A DNA stretch of 32,000 nt from Acinetobacter wanghuae (GTDB lineage: Bacteria > Pseudomonadota > Gammaproteobacteria > Pseudomonadales > Moraxellaceae), in assembly GCF_009557235.1 (NCBI RefSeq), contig NZ_CP045650.1, positions 690,001 to 722,000 of the forward strand, in the 5' to 3' direction. The translations under genes were made by a program, and so were the position numbers. Shown in pieces: positions 10,243 through 19,728 of the stretch. The notes under the pieces were generated by a model that saw nothing but the letters and a program-made list of their open reading frames with translations, made no database searches and was not told the DNA's origin. Positions within the stretch are counted from its first letter, which is position 1; each line of letters begins with the position of its first letter.

Positions 10243-11769
10243 ATGAATCCGACAGAAGTGATCCCTCAGCTCAAAGGTGGCAAGCTGATTCTGGCTGCCT
10301 TTGTTTTGGCGCTTGCCAATTTTATGGTCGTCTTAGATATGACCATTGCCAATGTTTCTGTACCGCATATTACGGGGAGCCTCGCAGTGTCTGCATCGCA
10401 GGGCACATGGGTGATTACCTCTTATGCTGTTGCCGAAGCGATTTGTGTGCCTTTAACGGGCTGGTTAGCCGGTCGATTTGGTGCAGTGCGTACCTTTAGC
10501 GTCAGTTTATTTGGTTTTACATTGTTCTCCATACTCTGTGGACTTTCGACCAGTTTAGAGATGTTGGTGATTTGCCGAATTGGTCAGGGTTTGTTTGGTG
10601 GTCCAATTATGCCACTCAGTCAAACCTTGCTTATGCGTATTTTCCCACCTGAAAAGCAATCGCAAGCGATGGGTATGTGGGCAATGACCACAGTAGTAGG
10701 TCCGATTCTTGGACCCATTTTAGGCGGCTCGATTAGTGATAATTGGTCGTGGCATTGGATTTTCTTTATCAATATTCCTGTAGGTTTAGTTTGTGCCTAT
10801 GCGGCAATGCGCTTATTAAAATCAGTAGAAACCCCCATTCATCGTCTTAAAATTGATATGGGTGGTCTATTTTTATTGGTGTTATGGATTGGTGCTTTAC
10901 AGTTAATGCTCGACTTGGGTCATGAGCGTGATTGGTTTAATCATCCATCTATTGTGATTCTTGCCATTATTGCATTGCTTGGTTTGATTATATTTACCAT
11001 TTGGGAGCTGACAGAACGCAATCCTATGGTGAATATTCATATCTTTAAATATCGAAGTTTCACCATTTCTGTTTTAGCGTTGGCATTTGGTTTTGGCGCA
11101 TTCTTTGGCAGTATTGTGTTGATCCCGCAGTGGCTACAAATTAACTTGGGCTATACCGCGACATGGGCGGGGTATTTAACTGCAACGATGGGCTTTGGTA
11201 GTTTGCTGATGTCACCCATCGTCGCGAAAATGGCAACCAAATATGATCAGCGTGCTTTAGCCTGTTTTGGTTTATGTCTACTCGGTGGCGTGACCTTAAT
11301 GCGTGCCTTTTGGGTGACGGATGCCGACTTTATGGCATTGGCTTTGCCCCAAATTTTGCAGGGCTTTGCTGTGCCATTCTTCTTTATTCCTTTATCAAAT
11401 ATGGCATTGGCATCGGTATTACCACAGGAAATGGCATCGGCTGCGGGTTTAATGAATTTCCTGCGAACGATGGCAGGTGCGATTGGTGCATCGCTTGCGG
11501 TCACCATTTGGGATGATCATAGCAAGGTTGCGCGTAGCGAATTGGTGGGCAACTTGCATGTGACTGAATCGCAAAATACTTTGATGCAGCAGGGGATGAG
11601 TGACAGCAGTGCTTTGGCGTATATCTCCAACTTGGTCGATCGAGAAGCCTCTACATTAGCCGCCAATCATGTCTTTTTAGTGCTTGCTGCGGTGTTCATT
11701 TTTGCAGGGCTGATGATTTGGCTCTGTCCGCGACCCAAATCAGGTATGGGGGATATGCCATCTCATTAA
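10243..11769 (+). CDS. emrB: DHA2 (EmrB/QacA) family MFS drug efflux transporter, about 14 TM
   Basis: 508 aa with LDMTIANVSVPHI and GRFGAVRTF motifs and many TM segments. It is paired with emrA. Confidence 0.9.
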   Translation: MNPTEVIPQLKGGKLILAAFVLALANFMVVLDMTIANVSVPHITGSLAVSASQGTWVITSYAVAEAICVPLTGWLAGRFGAVRTFSVSLFGFTLFSILCGLSTSLEMLVICRIGQGLFGGPIMPLSQTLLMRIFPPEKQSQAMGMWAMTTVVGPILGPILGGSISDNWSWHWIFFINIPVGLVCAYAAMRLLKSVETPIHRLKIDMGGLFLLVLWIGALQLMLDLGHERDWFNHPSIVILAIIALLGLIIFTIWELTERNPMVNIHIFKYRSFTISVLALAFGFGAFFGSIVLIPQWLQINLGYTATWAGYLTATMGFGSLLMSPIVAKMATKYDQRALACFGLCLLGGVTLMRAFWVTDADFMALALPQILQGFAVPFFFIPLSNMALASVLPQEMASAAGLMNFLRTMAGAIGASLAVTIWDDHSKVARSELVGNLHVTESQNTLMQQGMSDSSALAYISNLVDREASTLAANHVFLVLAAVFIFAGLMIWLCPRPKSGMGDMPSH

Positions 11770-11783
11770 TTTAAAAAGAGTAG

Positions 11784-11813
11784 AAAAAACCGCTGATCAT
11801 TCAGCGGTTTTTT
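11784..11813. terminator. Bidirectional rho-independent terminator between emrB and glpK
   Basis: AAAAAACCGCTGA-tcat-TCAGCGGTTTTTT. The 8-bp GC-rich stem is flanked by A and T runs. Confidence 0.7.
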
Positions 11814-11823
11814 ACATCAACAT

Positions 11824-13308
11824 TTAGATATCAGATCGAGCGCGTCGTAATGCGGTTTGCCATTTATCTAAATGCTGCTGGCGTTCATCATCTTGCATTT
11901 TAGGTTCAAAAGCGCGTTCAAGTTGCCAAGATTGTGCAATATCATCTAAGTTAGAAAATACCCCTGCCTTTAAGCCTGCCATCGCTGCTGCACCCCATGC
12001 CGTTGATTCAAGCATTTTGGGGCGGAGGACAGGTACATTTAATAGATCTGCTTGGAATTGCATCAGCATATCGTTTTGACTTGCGCCACCATCAACACGT
12101 AATTCTTTTAATGGCTGAGTAATATCCGATTGCATAGCGGTCAGCACGTCAGAGACTTGAAATGCAATGGATTCCAACGCAGCACGTGCAATATGCGCTT
12201 TGTTTGTGCCGCGTGACATGCCACACATGATGGCGCGGGCTTCACTGTCCCAGTGCGGTGCCCCAAGTCCAGTAAAAGCAGGTACCAGTACCACACCATC
12301 ACTATTCGAGACTTTACAGGCAAGTTTTTCTACATCTGCGCTTTTTTGAATAATGCTTAAACCATCACGCAGCCATTGGACTACAGCACCCGCCATAAAG
12401 ACGCTGCCTTCTAATGCATAGGTCGCTTGCTCTTGGGCTTGCCACGCTAAAGTCGAAAGTAATTTATTTTGACTTAGTTGTACGTCACTTCCAGTGTTAA
12501 ACAGCATAAAGCAGCCTGTGCCGTAGGTGTTTTTTGCTGTACCGACTTCAAAGCAAGACTGACCAAAGAGCGCTGATTGTTGATCGCCTAAAATGCCAGT
12601 AATCGGAATGTCTGCCCCGAGCAAACCCGTCGCGGTATCAGCGACATAACTGTCTGAAGCAATAATTTTGGGTAAAACAGCGCGTGGAATATCGAATAGC
12701 GCCAGCAGTTCTTCATCCCATTGTTGTGTTTTTAGATTCATAAGCATGGTACGAGAGGCATTAGTGGCTTCAATGACATGCTCTGCACCTTGGGTTAAAT
12801 TCCAAATGAGCCAACTGTCGACTGTGCCAAAAGCTATATGTCCTTGTTGGGCGAGGGCACGCAAACCGTCAATATGGTCGAGTAACCACACCAATTTCCC
12901 TGCACTAAAATAAGGGTCGATGCGTAAGCCTGTGAGCTGTTGAATTTTGTCTTGTAAATTATTTTGAATAAGTTGATTGCACCAATCGGTTGCACGACGG
13001 TCTTGCCAAATAATAGCAGGTGCGAGCGGTTTTCCTGTGCGTTTATCCCAAACAACAGTTGTTTCACGCTGATTGGTCAAACCAATGGCTTTAATGTCTT
13101 TGGCTAAAATATTGGCATTCGCAAGGGCTTGTTGCACCACCGCAATTTGGGTTGACCAAATTTCTAAAGCATCTTGTTCCACCCAACCTGAATGTGGGGT
13201 TTGAATTTGGATTTCTCGCTGTGCGCTGGCGTGAATATGTCCGCATTCATCGAAAATAATAGCGCGGCTTGAGGTTGTGCCCTGATCGAGAGCCAATAAG
13301 TAACTCAT
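11824..13308 (-). CDS. glpK: Glycerol kinase
   Basis: 494 aa with the FGGY kinase N-terminus MSYLLALDQGTTSSRAIIFD, plus GLTNQRETTVVWDK and DGGASQNDMLMQFQADLL. Confidence 0.95.
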   Translation of the reverse strand: MSYLLALDQGTTSSRAIIFDECGHIHASAQREIQIQTPHSGWVEQDALEIWSTQIAVVQQALANANILAKDIKAIGLTNQRETTVVWDKRTGKPLAPAIIWQDRRATDWCNQLIQNNLQDKIQQLTGLRIDPYFSAGKLVWLLDHIDGLRALAQQGHIAFGTVDSWLIWNLTQGAEHVIEATNASRTMLMNLKTQQWDEELLALFDIPRAVLPKIIASDSYVADTATGLLGADIPITGILGDQQSALFGQSCFEVGTAKNTYGTGCFMLFNTGSDVQLSQNKLLSTLAWQAQEQATYALEGSVFMAGAVVQWLRDGLSIIQKSADVEKLACKVSNSDGVVLVPAFTGLGAPHWDSEARAIMCGMSRGTNKAHIARAALESIAFQVSDVLTAMQSDITQPLKELRVDGGASQNDMLMQFQADLLNVPVLRPKMLESTAWGAAAMAGLKAGVFSNLDDIAQSWQLERAFEPKMQDDERQQHLDKWQTALRRARSDI

Positions 13309-13437
13309 ATGCTTTGGTTATAAGACTTTAAAAACAAAATATTAACGCAATTTTTCAATTAAACGCATTAACTTGTGTGAATGTGTAAAAAATACACTGA
13401 TTTTTCTTTCATTTGTGCTATGATTCATTTGTACTTT

Positions 13438-13796
13438 GGGGATGTTTCTGGCTTCGACGCTGGTGATGAAACTCATAGATGCATGCCGAGAGCGCATTTT
13501 CTCTCGTAAATCAAATTTGCATTTTTTAGTCGCAAACGACGAATCATACGCTCTAGCTGCCTAAGGGCAGCTTGTCCGCCTCTCCGAATACTTGTGGTTA
13601 GAGAGTCCGACTGAAGCGCACGCACACAAGTCCGTATTAAAGCCACGCCTCGGGGCTTTGTACTAAATTTAGAGGATCGCCCTAGCACCCTGTTCGTCGG
13701 GTCGCAACGGGTTAAACTAATTGACGATATCTAAGCATGTAGTATTCTCGAGCGTAATGCTGGCGGACGCGGGTTCAACTCCCGCCATCTCCACCA
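13438..13796 (+). ncRNA. ssrA: tmRNA (SsrA), 359 nt
   Basis: The 5' GGGGAUG pairs with the 3' CAUCUCC-ACCA, including the G3:U alanine identity pair. A T-arm is present (GGGTTCAACTCCCGCC). The tag reading frame at 13532-13564 is GCA AAC GAC GAA TCA TAC GCT CTA GCT GCC TAA, which encodes ANDESYALAA. Confidence 0.95.
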
Positions 13797-13841
13797 AATA
13801 CCTCTCAAAACATGGCATTACATGCCAAGTTTTAGAACTGA

Positions 13842-13875
13842 AAGGCTTGATTCTAAAGGGATCAAGCCTTTTTTT
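13842..13875 (+). terminator. Rho-independent terminator downstream of ssrA, on the island side of the junction
   Basis: AAGGCTTGAT-(9 nt)-ATCAAGCCTT followed by TTTTT. The stem is 10 bp. Confidence 0.55.
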
Positions 13876-13909
13876 ATGCCTATACATAACAAAATATAAC
13901 TAGCTATAG

Positions 13910-13972
13910 TGTACACCTAGTATGTACACTGTCATGTACATTGTAGGTTTTATTGAACTCACGGGTGTACAA
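13910..13972 (+). repeat. Four TGTACA(C/T/A) motifs clustered just upstream of int. Candidate integrase arm-type or operator sites.
   Basis: TGTACAC at 13910-13916, TGTACACTG at 13923-13931, TGTACATTG at 13935-13943 and TGTACAA at 13966-13972. The int ATG is at 13976. Confidence 0.5.
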
Positions 13973-13975
13973 GGT

Positions 13976-15169
13976 ATGAAAAGAAAAGATATTAAACGCC
14001 GTCCTTTATCCGATACTGTCTTAGCCAATCTCGAACCTGAATCAAAAGAATACCGAGAACTCGACGGCGAAGGCTTGTATTTCCGTGTGAAGCCCGATGG
14101 CAAAAAAGGCTGGTTATTCCGTTATAAAAAACCTGATGGCAAATGGTCATGGTTAGGCATTGGCACTTATCCTGAAATCTCAGGGGCGAATGCCCGAAAA
14201 AAAGCTAAAGAGGTCATGAATGATATTTCAGGCGGTGACAATCCCATCATTACCAAGCAACAAAGAAAGCAACAGGAACTTGAGCAGAATAATGCCACCT
14301 TTGAATCCTTAGCCCGTGAATGGTTGGATACTAAACTTCATCATTGGGTGAGTGACACAATGGTGAGAAACAAAGGGGCATTAGAAAAGCATATCTTCCC
14401 TGTGTTTGGTAAACGCTTATATACAGAAATCAGACCGATCGAATGGATGAATCATTTAAAAGGTATTCAGCAAGAAAAAGGCATCTTTGAACAGGTCAAT
14501 CGTATTCGTGCCATGTGCCGTGATATTTATGATTTTGCAAAGGTGACAGGGCGCATTGATTACAATCCTTTAGAAGGACTGCAAAAGTATCTTCAACAGG
14601 GCAAAAAAGAAAACATGGCTCACGTTAGTGAGCAAGAACTTCCAGCCTTGATCAGAGCCATTAATAACTATCCGACTCATGATGTGAAAATCGGTTTGCA
14701 GCTTTTGGCAATGTTGTTTTGCCGTCCGAGTGAGTTAAGAGGTGCAACATGGGACGAGTTCGATTTAGATCAAGGTTTATGGAATATTCCTGAGCATCGG
14801 ATGAAAAAACGCCGTGAGCATGTGATTCCTTTACCGACTCAAGCCATTGCCTTGTTAAATGAGTTAAAGAGCTATCAGACCAATTCTGATTATTTATTTC
14901 CAAGTCGATCAGACAAGAACAAGCCAAAGTCAGACACCGTTTTTATTATGGCACTTCGCCGAATGGGTTATGAGGGCAGACAAACGCCACACGGTTTTAG
15001 GCATATTGCCAGTACCTTGTTAAACAATCGTGGTTTTGATGAAAGGCATATTGAGTCAGCTTTGGCACACGTAAAAGATGGCGTGGCTGGTGTATACAAC
15101 AAGGCGCAATATTTACAAGATCGTAAACAGATGATGCAGTGGTATGCGGATTACGTAACTAGTTTTTAG
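13976..15169 (+). CDS. int: P4-type tyrosine integrase (DUF4102 arm-binding N-domain plus phage integrase catalytic domain)
   Basis: From ATG 13976 the protein reads MKRKDIKRRPLSDTVLANLEPESKEYRELDGEGLYFRVKPDGKKGWLFRY, a typical P4/CP4-57 integrase N-terminus. The C-terminus has HGFRHIASTLL (HxxR) and GVYNKAQY (catalytic Tyr). The track ORF begins upstream at 13922. Confidence 0.9.
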   Translation: MKRKDIKRRPLSDTVLANLEPESKEYRELDGEGLYFRVKPDGKKGWLFRYKKPDGKWSWLGIGTYPEISGANARKKAKEVMNDISGGDNPIITKQQRKQQELEQNNATFESLAREWLDTKLHHWVSDTMVRNKGALEKHIFPVFGKRLYTEIRPIEWMNHLKGIQQEKGIFEQVNRIRAMCRDIYDFAKVTGRIDYNPLEGLQKYLQQGKKENMAHVSEQELPALIRAINNYPTHDVKIGLQLLAMLFCRPSELRGATWDEFDLDQGLWNIPEHRMKKRREHVIPLPTQAIALLNELKSYQTNSDYLFPSRSDKNKPKSDTVFIMALRRMGYEGRQTPHGFRHIASTLLNNRGFDERHIESALAHVKDGVAGVYNKAQYLQDRKQMMQWYADYVTSF

Positions 15170-15215
15170 ATAAAAATAAAATATTGTAATTTTTAAATTG
15201 AATTAGGGGTAAATA

Positions 15216-16178
15216 ATGTCAATTGATTTAATGATTCCATTCTATAAATTAGAATCAGCTGTAGAGATACTAAATAATAAATTGAAAACGAGAATATATA
15301 CCAGAGAAAATATATTAGCTATAGCACTTTTATATGATCTCAAATTATATGTGATAGCCAAGAACTGGGAGGGGGATCATATTTCTTCATTTTTGAAAGT
15401 TGATATTGAAAATGAGGATTTTAATTCTGATATTATTTTAAAAAAAGCTGATGATTTTTTTAAAAGATATATCGAGATTGAGCTGAATTCAGGGTGTTTA
15501 TTACAGCTGGGTGAAGATGTGATATTAAAATTATATAATTATGGCTGTTGGAGGTGGTGTAATAATGATAAGGCTTTTGTCGATATTTTAAGCCTAAAAC
15601 ATGCTATTACTGGAGAGCCTAAAAATCATAAAATTAGTTTTATGGAAGGTGCTATAGGACTTTCTGTAATATATGATATTTGTATTCATAGCATTGATAT
15701 TTACTTATCGTTTGAGGGTGACGATATTTTTTTGTTGCCAAGAATAGATGATGATTTTAAAGAAATAAAAGATGATTCAAAATATATTAGACCATTAGTT
15801 GATATCAATGATGTTGTAATAACAGCATTCGAATTATCTAAAATTATAAATAATCAACTTACAATTAAACAGCAAGCTCCAATTGATAATACCAATTTAC
15901 TTACTTCAAGTAGCGATAGTCAAAGAGGAAAAAGTCTTGCAAAAGTAAATGCTCAATTAGCTGCTCAAACTTTAGCAGATTACTTATGGCGAAAGGATGT
16001 AGGAGAATCCATCAGAATCGCTGAAATGGCTCTGAATGTATATGCTGAATTAACTCAAACACATCATCACAAGGAATTGCCAGAGAGTGTGGAAAGTTTA
16101 GAAGTATGGATAAGAGAGATAGCTGAAAAATATCCACATTCTAGAAAACCAGGGAGAACTAAAAAGGTGAGCAACTAA
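15216..16178 (+). CDS. Hypothetical protein, very AT-rich, no recognisable motifs
   Basis: 320-aa uninterrupted ORF between int and alpA, preceded by AGGGG-taaata-ATG. No domain was recognised. Confidence 0.55.
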   Translation: MSIDLMIPFYKLESAVEILNNKLKTRIYTRENILAIALLYDLKLYVIAKNWEGDHISSFLKVDIENEDFNSDIILKKADDFFKRYIEIELNSGCLLQLGEDVILKLYNYGCWRWCNNDKAFVDILSLKHAITGEPKNHKISFMEGAIGLSVIYDICIHSIDIYLSFEGDDIFLLPRIDDDFKEIKDDSKYIRPLVDINDVVITAFELSKIINNQLTIKQQAPIDNTNLLTSSSDSQRGKSLAKVNAQLAAQTLADYLWRKDVGESIRIAEMALNVYAELTQTHHHKELPESVESLEVWIREIAEKYPHSRKPGRTKKVSN

Positions 16179-16271
16179 AGGTAAATGGTTATTAAGTACC
16201 ACTTGCTATCTTTTTCTTAGAAACCTATTAATTTAAAAAATACCTATATTCTTTCATGTATAGGCTTTTTT

Positions 16272-16484
16272 ATGACAATTAAACCAATCAGAATCCAATT
16301 TAAAACAACTTGTGAGTTGTTAGATATTAGCCGTGAAACTTTACGGCATATCGTTCGTACAGATAAAACTTTTCCTAAAGCAATGAAGCAGGGAAAAGCA
16401 AAACAGAGTCCAGTTTACTTTGACTATGTTGAGCTTATGCAGTGGCATGAAAGCCAAAAATCTTCTGCTAAAGAGGAGGCTTAA
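16272..16484 (+). CDS. alpA: AlpA/Xis-like small helix-turn-helix regulator
   Basis: 70 aa. TTCELLDISRETLRHIVRTDKTFPKAMKQG...VYFDYVELMQWHE fits the AlpA (prophage CP4-57 regulatory) pattern, and the position after int is typical. Confidence 0.75.
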   Translation: MTIKPIRIQFKTTCELLDISRETLRHIVRTDKTFPKAMKQGKAKQSPVYFDYVELMQWHESQKSSAKEEA

Positions 16485-16486
16485 TC

Positions 16487-16972
16487 ATGCAAGAACTCAT
16501 CACTATTCAAAATGGTCAGGCAGTGACAACGGATATTCTGATTGCCAAAGCATTTAATAAACGTCCAAGCTCAGTTAGACGAGCAATTAAAAACTTAAAC
16601 TGCTCAGAAGAATTTAGACTGCACAATTTTGCACACACCTACTATGTTGACCAACAAGGAAAGAAACAACCGAGTTATCTCATCACAAAAGATGGCTTTG
16701 TTTTGCTGGTCATGGGATTTACAGGGAAGTATGCCACTGGGTTTAAAATCCAATACATTGAGGCATTCAACAAAATGGAAAAGTATTTGCAAAGTACTCA
16801 GCAACAATATAACCAAGTGAATTTTTATTTTAATGTCAAAAAAGATGGAATCAGTGATTGTGCTAGAAGCATGGTTTTTTGGAAGCAAGAAAAGCCAGTC
16901 CTTTTAAATATTCTTGCAACATTGGAAAAGCACTTACAGCTCGATTTATTTCAAGATGCTGGAACTAAATAG
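16487..16972 (+). CDS. Rha-family phage regulatory protein
   Basis: 161 aa. LITIQNGQAVTTDILIAKAFNKRPSSVRRAIKNL...YLITKDGFVLLVMGFTGKYATGFKIQYIEAFNKME matches the Phage_pRha domain pattern. It lies 2 nt after the alpA stop. Confidence 0.8.
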   Translation: MQELITIQNGQAVTTDILIAKAFNKRPSSVRRAIKNLNCSEEFRLHNFAHTYYVDQQGKKQPSYLITKDGFVLLVMGFTGKYATGFKIQYIEAFNKMEKYLQSTQQQYNQVNFYFNVKKDGISDCARSMVFWKQEKPVLLNILATLEKHLQLDLFQDAGTK

Positions 16973-16980
16973 GGGGCGAC

Positions 16981-19401
16981 ATGACTGCAATTCAAGAAGC
17001 CCCGAGCTTAGAACAGCCTTTAGACATTCTAGCAAATTGCCGAAAATATAATCCACAAGATAACGCTTATTTGCGTCATCCTGTGATAAACCGTTTTGGC
17101 AGTCCTGAACAAAGCATTTATATGGATGAAATGACCGTCAGTTTATATGGTGTTAAATATGAACAGCCTTTGATTTTACCTGTACATAATGCACAGCTTG
17201 AACTGGTGCAATGTGCCGTATTACAGAATCAACAGCCTGTAAAAGTCATTCCTGATGGCATGGAAAAAGGATTCGCTTACTACGGCGAATTGCGAAAAGA
17301 TCATCCTGTCATCATCACATATAGTTTGGAAGCATTTTTCAAAATCGCTCAAACGAGTTACGCCGTTGTATTGGTGATCTTACAAGACTTATGCAGACAG
17401 CCATTAAAAGAACTCAAAGCATTCGATTTTGAGCAGATTCAATCTGTGGTGAATCAATTATCCAAAGCTGGATATAAACGCTTATACATGCCAGTCAGAG
17501 CCGAACATATACAGCTTGAGCCATTTCAAAAGCTGGAACAACACACAGAACTTAGACTGCTTAATCAATTTCAAGTCATAGAGGGAAATGAATATTACAC
17601 GGAAATATCTCAGGATGAAGATCCTTTGGAAGTCGAAGCATTTCTAAAGATGGCGATAGCGTTATTGTTGCCTAAAGGACATCTAGCCAAACTTATGAAA
17701 TGGGGGATGGGATACTTCTGTATCCGCCAAGATGGCATATTTTACGTGAATAAAAATGTTAAAGGGGATATGCAAAGCCGTTTCATTTGCAGTCCTATTT
17801 TAGTTAAAGCAAAAACGCGAGATGAGGCTAGTAACAATTGGGGGGTGTTGTTGGAGTGGCACGATGACAAACAGGTTAAACATACTCAAGCAGTATCAAT
17901 GGAACTCTTCCAAACAGATGGAAAAGAACTTCGCACCACATTAGCTAATCAGGGCGTGAGGATTTCCTCTGATCAGCGATGCAGAAACTTATTCCAGTGT
18001 TACTTGATGAATTATCCAATCGAGCAATATGCCTTGTGTGTTGATCGTGTCGGTTGGCATGGCGATGTATTTGTATTGCCTCACCAACACTATGGACAGA
18101 TGAATGAACACATTGTTTATCAGGCAGTGACAGGCTTAGACAATCGCTATAAAAGCAAAGGCACGTTAGAGCAATGGCGAAACCAAGTAGCACAATTGGT
18201 AGAGCAACATAGCTTTCTAGTTTTTTCCTTGTGTACTGCGTTTACAGGGCAGTTACTTAGACCATTGAACCAACAGGGGGGTGGTTTTCACCTAAAAGGT
18301 GGATCATCCAAGGGAAAAAGTACAGCTTTAAATCTTGCCTGTTCTGTATGGGGTAATCCTGAACAATTTTATCGTACGTGGAGAGCAACAGGTAATTTTC
18401 TTGAGCATACAGCTTGTATGCACAATGACGGTTTTTTAGTTCTTGATGAAATTGGAGAAATTAATAATCCAAAAGAACTGGGCAATATTGTCTATATGCT
18501 TGCCAATGGCATAGGTAAAGGTCGCATGACTAAGCAAATTACAGCCAAGCCCATGCACCAATGGAAAGTGATCTTTCTATCCAGTGGTGAAAAGAGCATG
18601 AAAGAAATCATGCTCGAGCAAGGTCAAAAGACCAAGCTAGGGCAGGAAATTAGACTTGCCGATATTGATATAGATCAATCTGAATATGGTGTATTTGATT
18701 GCTTAAATTTTGCTGAAGATGGCGCAAAGCAAGCGATTGAATTAAGCCAGCGTATGAGTGGCTGCTACGGCGTGGCGAGTGAAGTATGGTTAGATTATCT
18801 CAGCAAAGATAAATCTGAGCGCATGGGGCAAGCCAAACAGCTTTTAAACCAATATCGTGAAATTCTAGTCGGTGAGCATACGCAAGGGCATATCAGTCGA
18901 GTTGCAAACTACTTTGCAGTGGTGGCGGTGGCTGGAGAAATGGCAACACAAGCCAAGATTACAGGATGGCAAACAGGTACAGCATTGAACGCCGTTGTTA
19001 AAGTATTTCAGCATTGGTTAAGTGGTTTTGAGCATGTTGGAGACTATGAAAATCGAGAAATCATTGCTCATGTGAAAGCATTTTTCGAGGCGAATGAATC
19101 CAGTCGTTTTGAAGCCATTACACCTGATGCAGACAATATCGAACGTGTCGTAAATCGTGTCGGTTATTGGAAAATCGAAAACAATGAAAAGATTTTCTAT
19201 GTATTGCCTGAACAATTTAAAAAAGAAGTCTGTAAGGGGTATGACAGTCGTAAGGTGGCAAAGGTACTGATAGAGCATGATCTACTTGAGCATGACACAG
19301 CGAAGAAAACCAAGACCGTCCGATTACCGAATAGAAGTCAGTCCATCCGTGTGTATGCCATTAAAGAATCAATCTTTAGTTGCAATATAGATCATTCATA
19401 A
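16981..19401 (+). CDS. DUF927-type primase/SF3-like helicase (P4 alpha-like replication protein)
   Basis: 806 aa with Walker A HLKGGSSKGKSTAL (about 18290-18330) and Walker B-like FLVLDEIGE. Size and position match the replication protein of P4-like and PICI-like islands. An iteron field starts 1 nt after its stop. Confidence 0.8.
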   Translation: MTAIQEAPSLEQPLDILANCRKYNPQDNAYLRHPVINRFGSPEQSIYMDEMTVSLYGVKYEQPLILPVHNAQLELVQCAVLQNQQPVKVIPDGMEKGFAYYGELRKDHPVIITYSLEAFFKIAQTSYAVVLVILQDLCRQPLKELKAFDFEQIQSVVNQLSKAGYKRLYMPVRAEHIQLEPFQKLEQHTELRLLNQFQVIEGNEYYTEISQDEDPLEVEAFLKMAIALLLPKGHLAKLMKWGMGYFCIRQDGIFYVNKNVKGDMQSRFICSPILVKAKTRDEASNNWGVLLEWHDDKQVKHTQAVSMELFQTDGKELRTTLANQGVRISSDQRCRNLFQCYLMNYPIEQYALCVDRVGWHGDVFVLPHQHYGQMNEHIVYQAVTGLDNRYKSKGTLEQWRNQVAQLVEQHSFLVFSLCTAFTGQLLRPLNQQGGGFHLKGGSSKGKSTALNLACSVWGNPEQFYRTWRATGNFLEHTACMHNDGFLVLDEIGEINNPKELGNIVYMLANGIGKGRMTKQITAKPMHQWKVIFLSSGEKSMKEIMLEQGQKTKLGQEIRLADIDIDQSEYGVFDCLNFAEDGAKQAIELSQRMSGCYGVASEVWLDYLSKDKSERMGQAKQLLNQYREILVGEHTQGHISRVANYFAVVAVAGEMATQAKITGWQTGTALNAVVKVFQHWLSGFEHVGDYENREIIAHVKAFFEANESSRFEAITPDADNIERVVNRVGYWKIENNEKIFYVLPEQFKKEVCKGYDSRKVAKVLIEHDLLEHDTAKKTKTVRLPNRSQSIRVYAIKESIFSCNIDHS

Positions 19402-19589
19402 GGCAACACAGGCAACGGGGGCAACAGGCTTATGAATAAAGGCTTGTTATGTGTTGCCTGATAAATAATACAGATGCAACGAGGGCAACATTGAATGGAT
19501 TGTTGCCTGTGTTTCCCGAGTCGATTTTATACAGGCAACGGCGCAAAGGCTTATGTGGTGGTGATGTTGCCTGTGTTGCCCTTGTTGCC
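19402..19589. repeat. Iteron field, putative island origin of replication
   Basis: GGCAAC occurs at 19402, 19411, 19420, 19484 and 19534, with TGCAAC at 19475. The inverse GTTGCC occurs at 19453, 19502, 19566, 19575 and 19584. The outer triplets are each spaced 9 bp apart and face each other. A second motif, AGGCTTATG, occurs at 19426 and 19547. Confidence 0.7.
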
Positions 19590-19728
19590 TTTTATATTCA
19601 GAGATGCTGTTAGGCTTTATGCTTTACCTAAATCAATAGGATGAACACGCCAATCAGCACGTCAAACTATTCAAATTGTTATTAGGAAGTCATCACTTTT
19701 AAGAGGGATGCTATTTATAGAGGTAATA

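Noticed and set aside
11247-11516. ORFs 11247-11507(-) and 11274-11516(+) inside emrB, and similar internal ORFs in glpK, hemB, hsdR, the DUF927 gene and the nested genes
   Set aside because: They are nested in or antisense to long, well-supported genes and lack recognisable motifs. I treated them as frame shadows.
13473-13903. ORFs 13473-13688(-) and 13721-13903(+)
   Set aside because: They overlap the tmRNA gene and its terminator. The RNA structure and tag frame explain this sequence.
13922-13975. Upstream extension of the integrase ORF (MYTVMYIVGFIELTGVQG)
   Set aside because: This stretch is the TGTACA repeat cluster. P4-type integrases align from MKRKDIKRRPLSD, so ATG 13976 is the better start.
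16243-16271. Weak hairpin (CCTATA ... TATAGG) plus a T-run just before alpA, as a possible terminator
   Set aside because: The stem is only 6 bp and AT-rich, with a 10-nt loop, and the T-run runs into the alpA start codon. This is too weak to call.
16272-16972. The alpA-rha pair read as a toxin-antitoxin module because of the tight 2-nt spacing
   Set aside because: Both proteins match DNA-binding regulator families typical of satellite and prophage control regions. No toxin-like fold or motif is apparent.
19402-19589. The GGCAAC repeat cluster as a CRISPR array
   Set aside because: The units are 6-9 bp, occur in both orientations and have irregular spacing. There are no 25-40 bp repeats, no unique spacers and no cas genes. 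An iteron or ori reading fits better.
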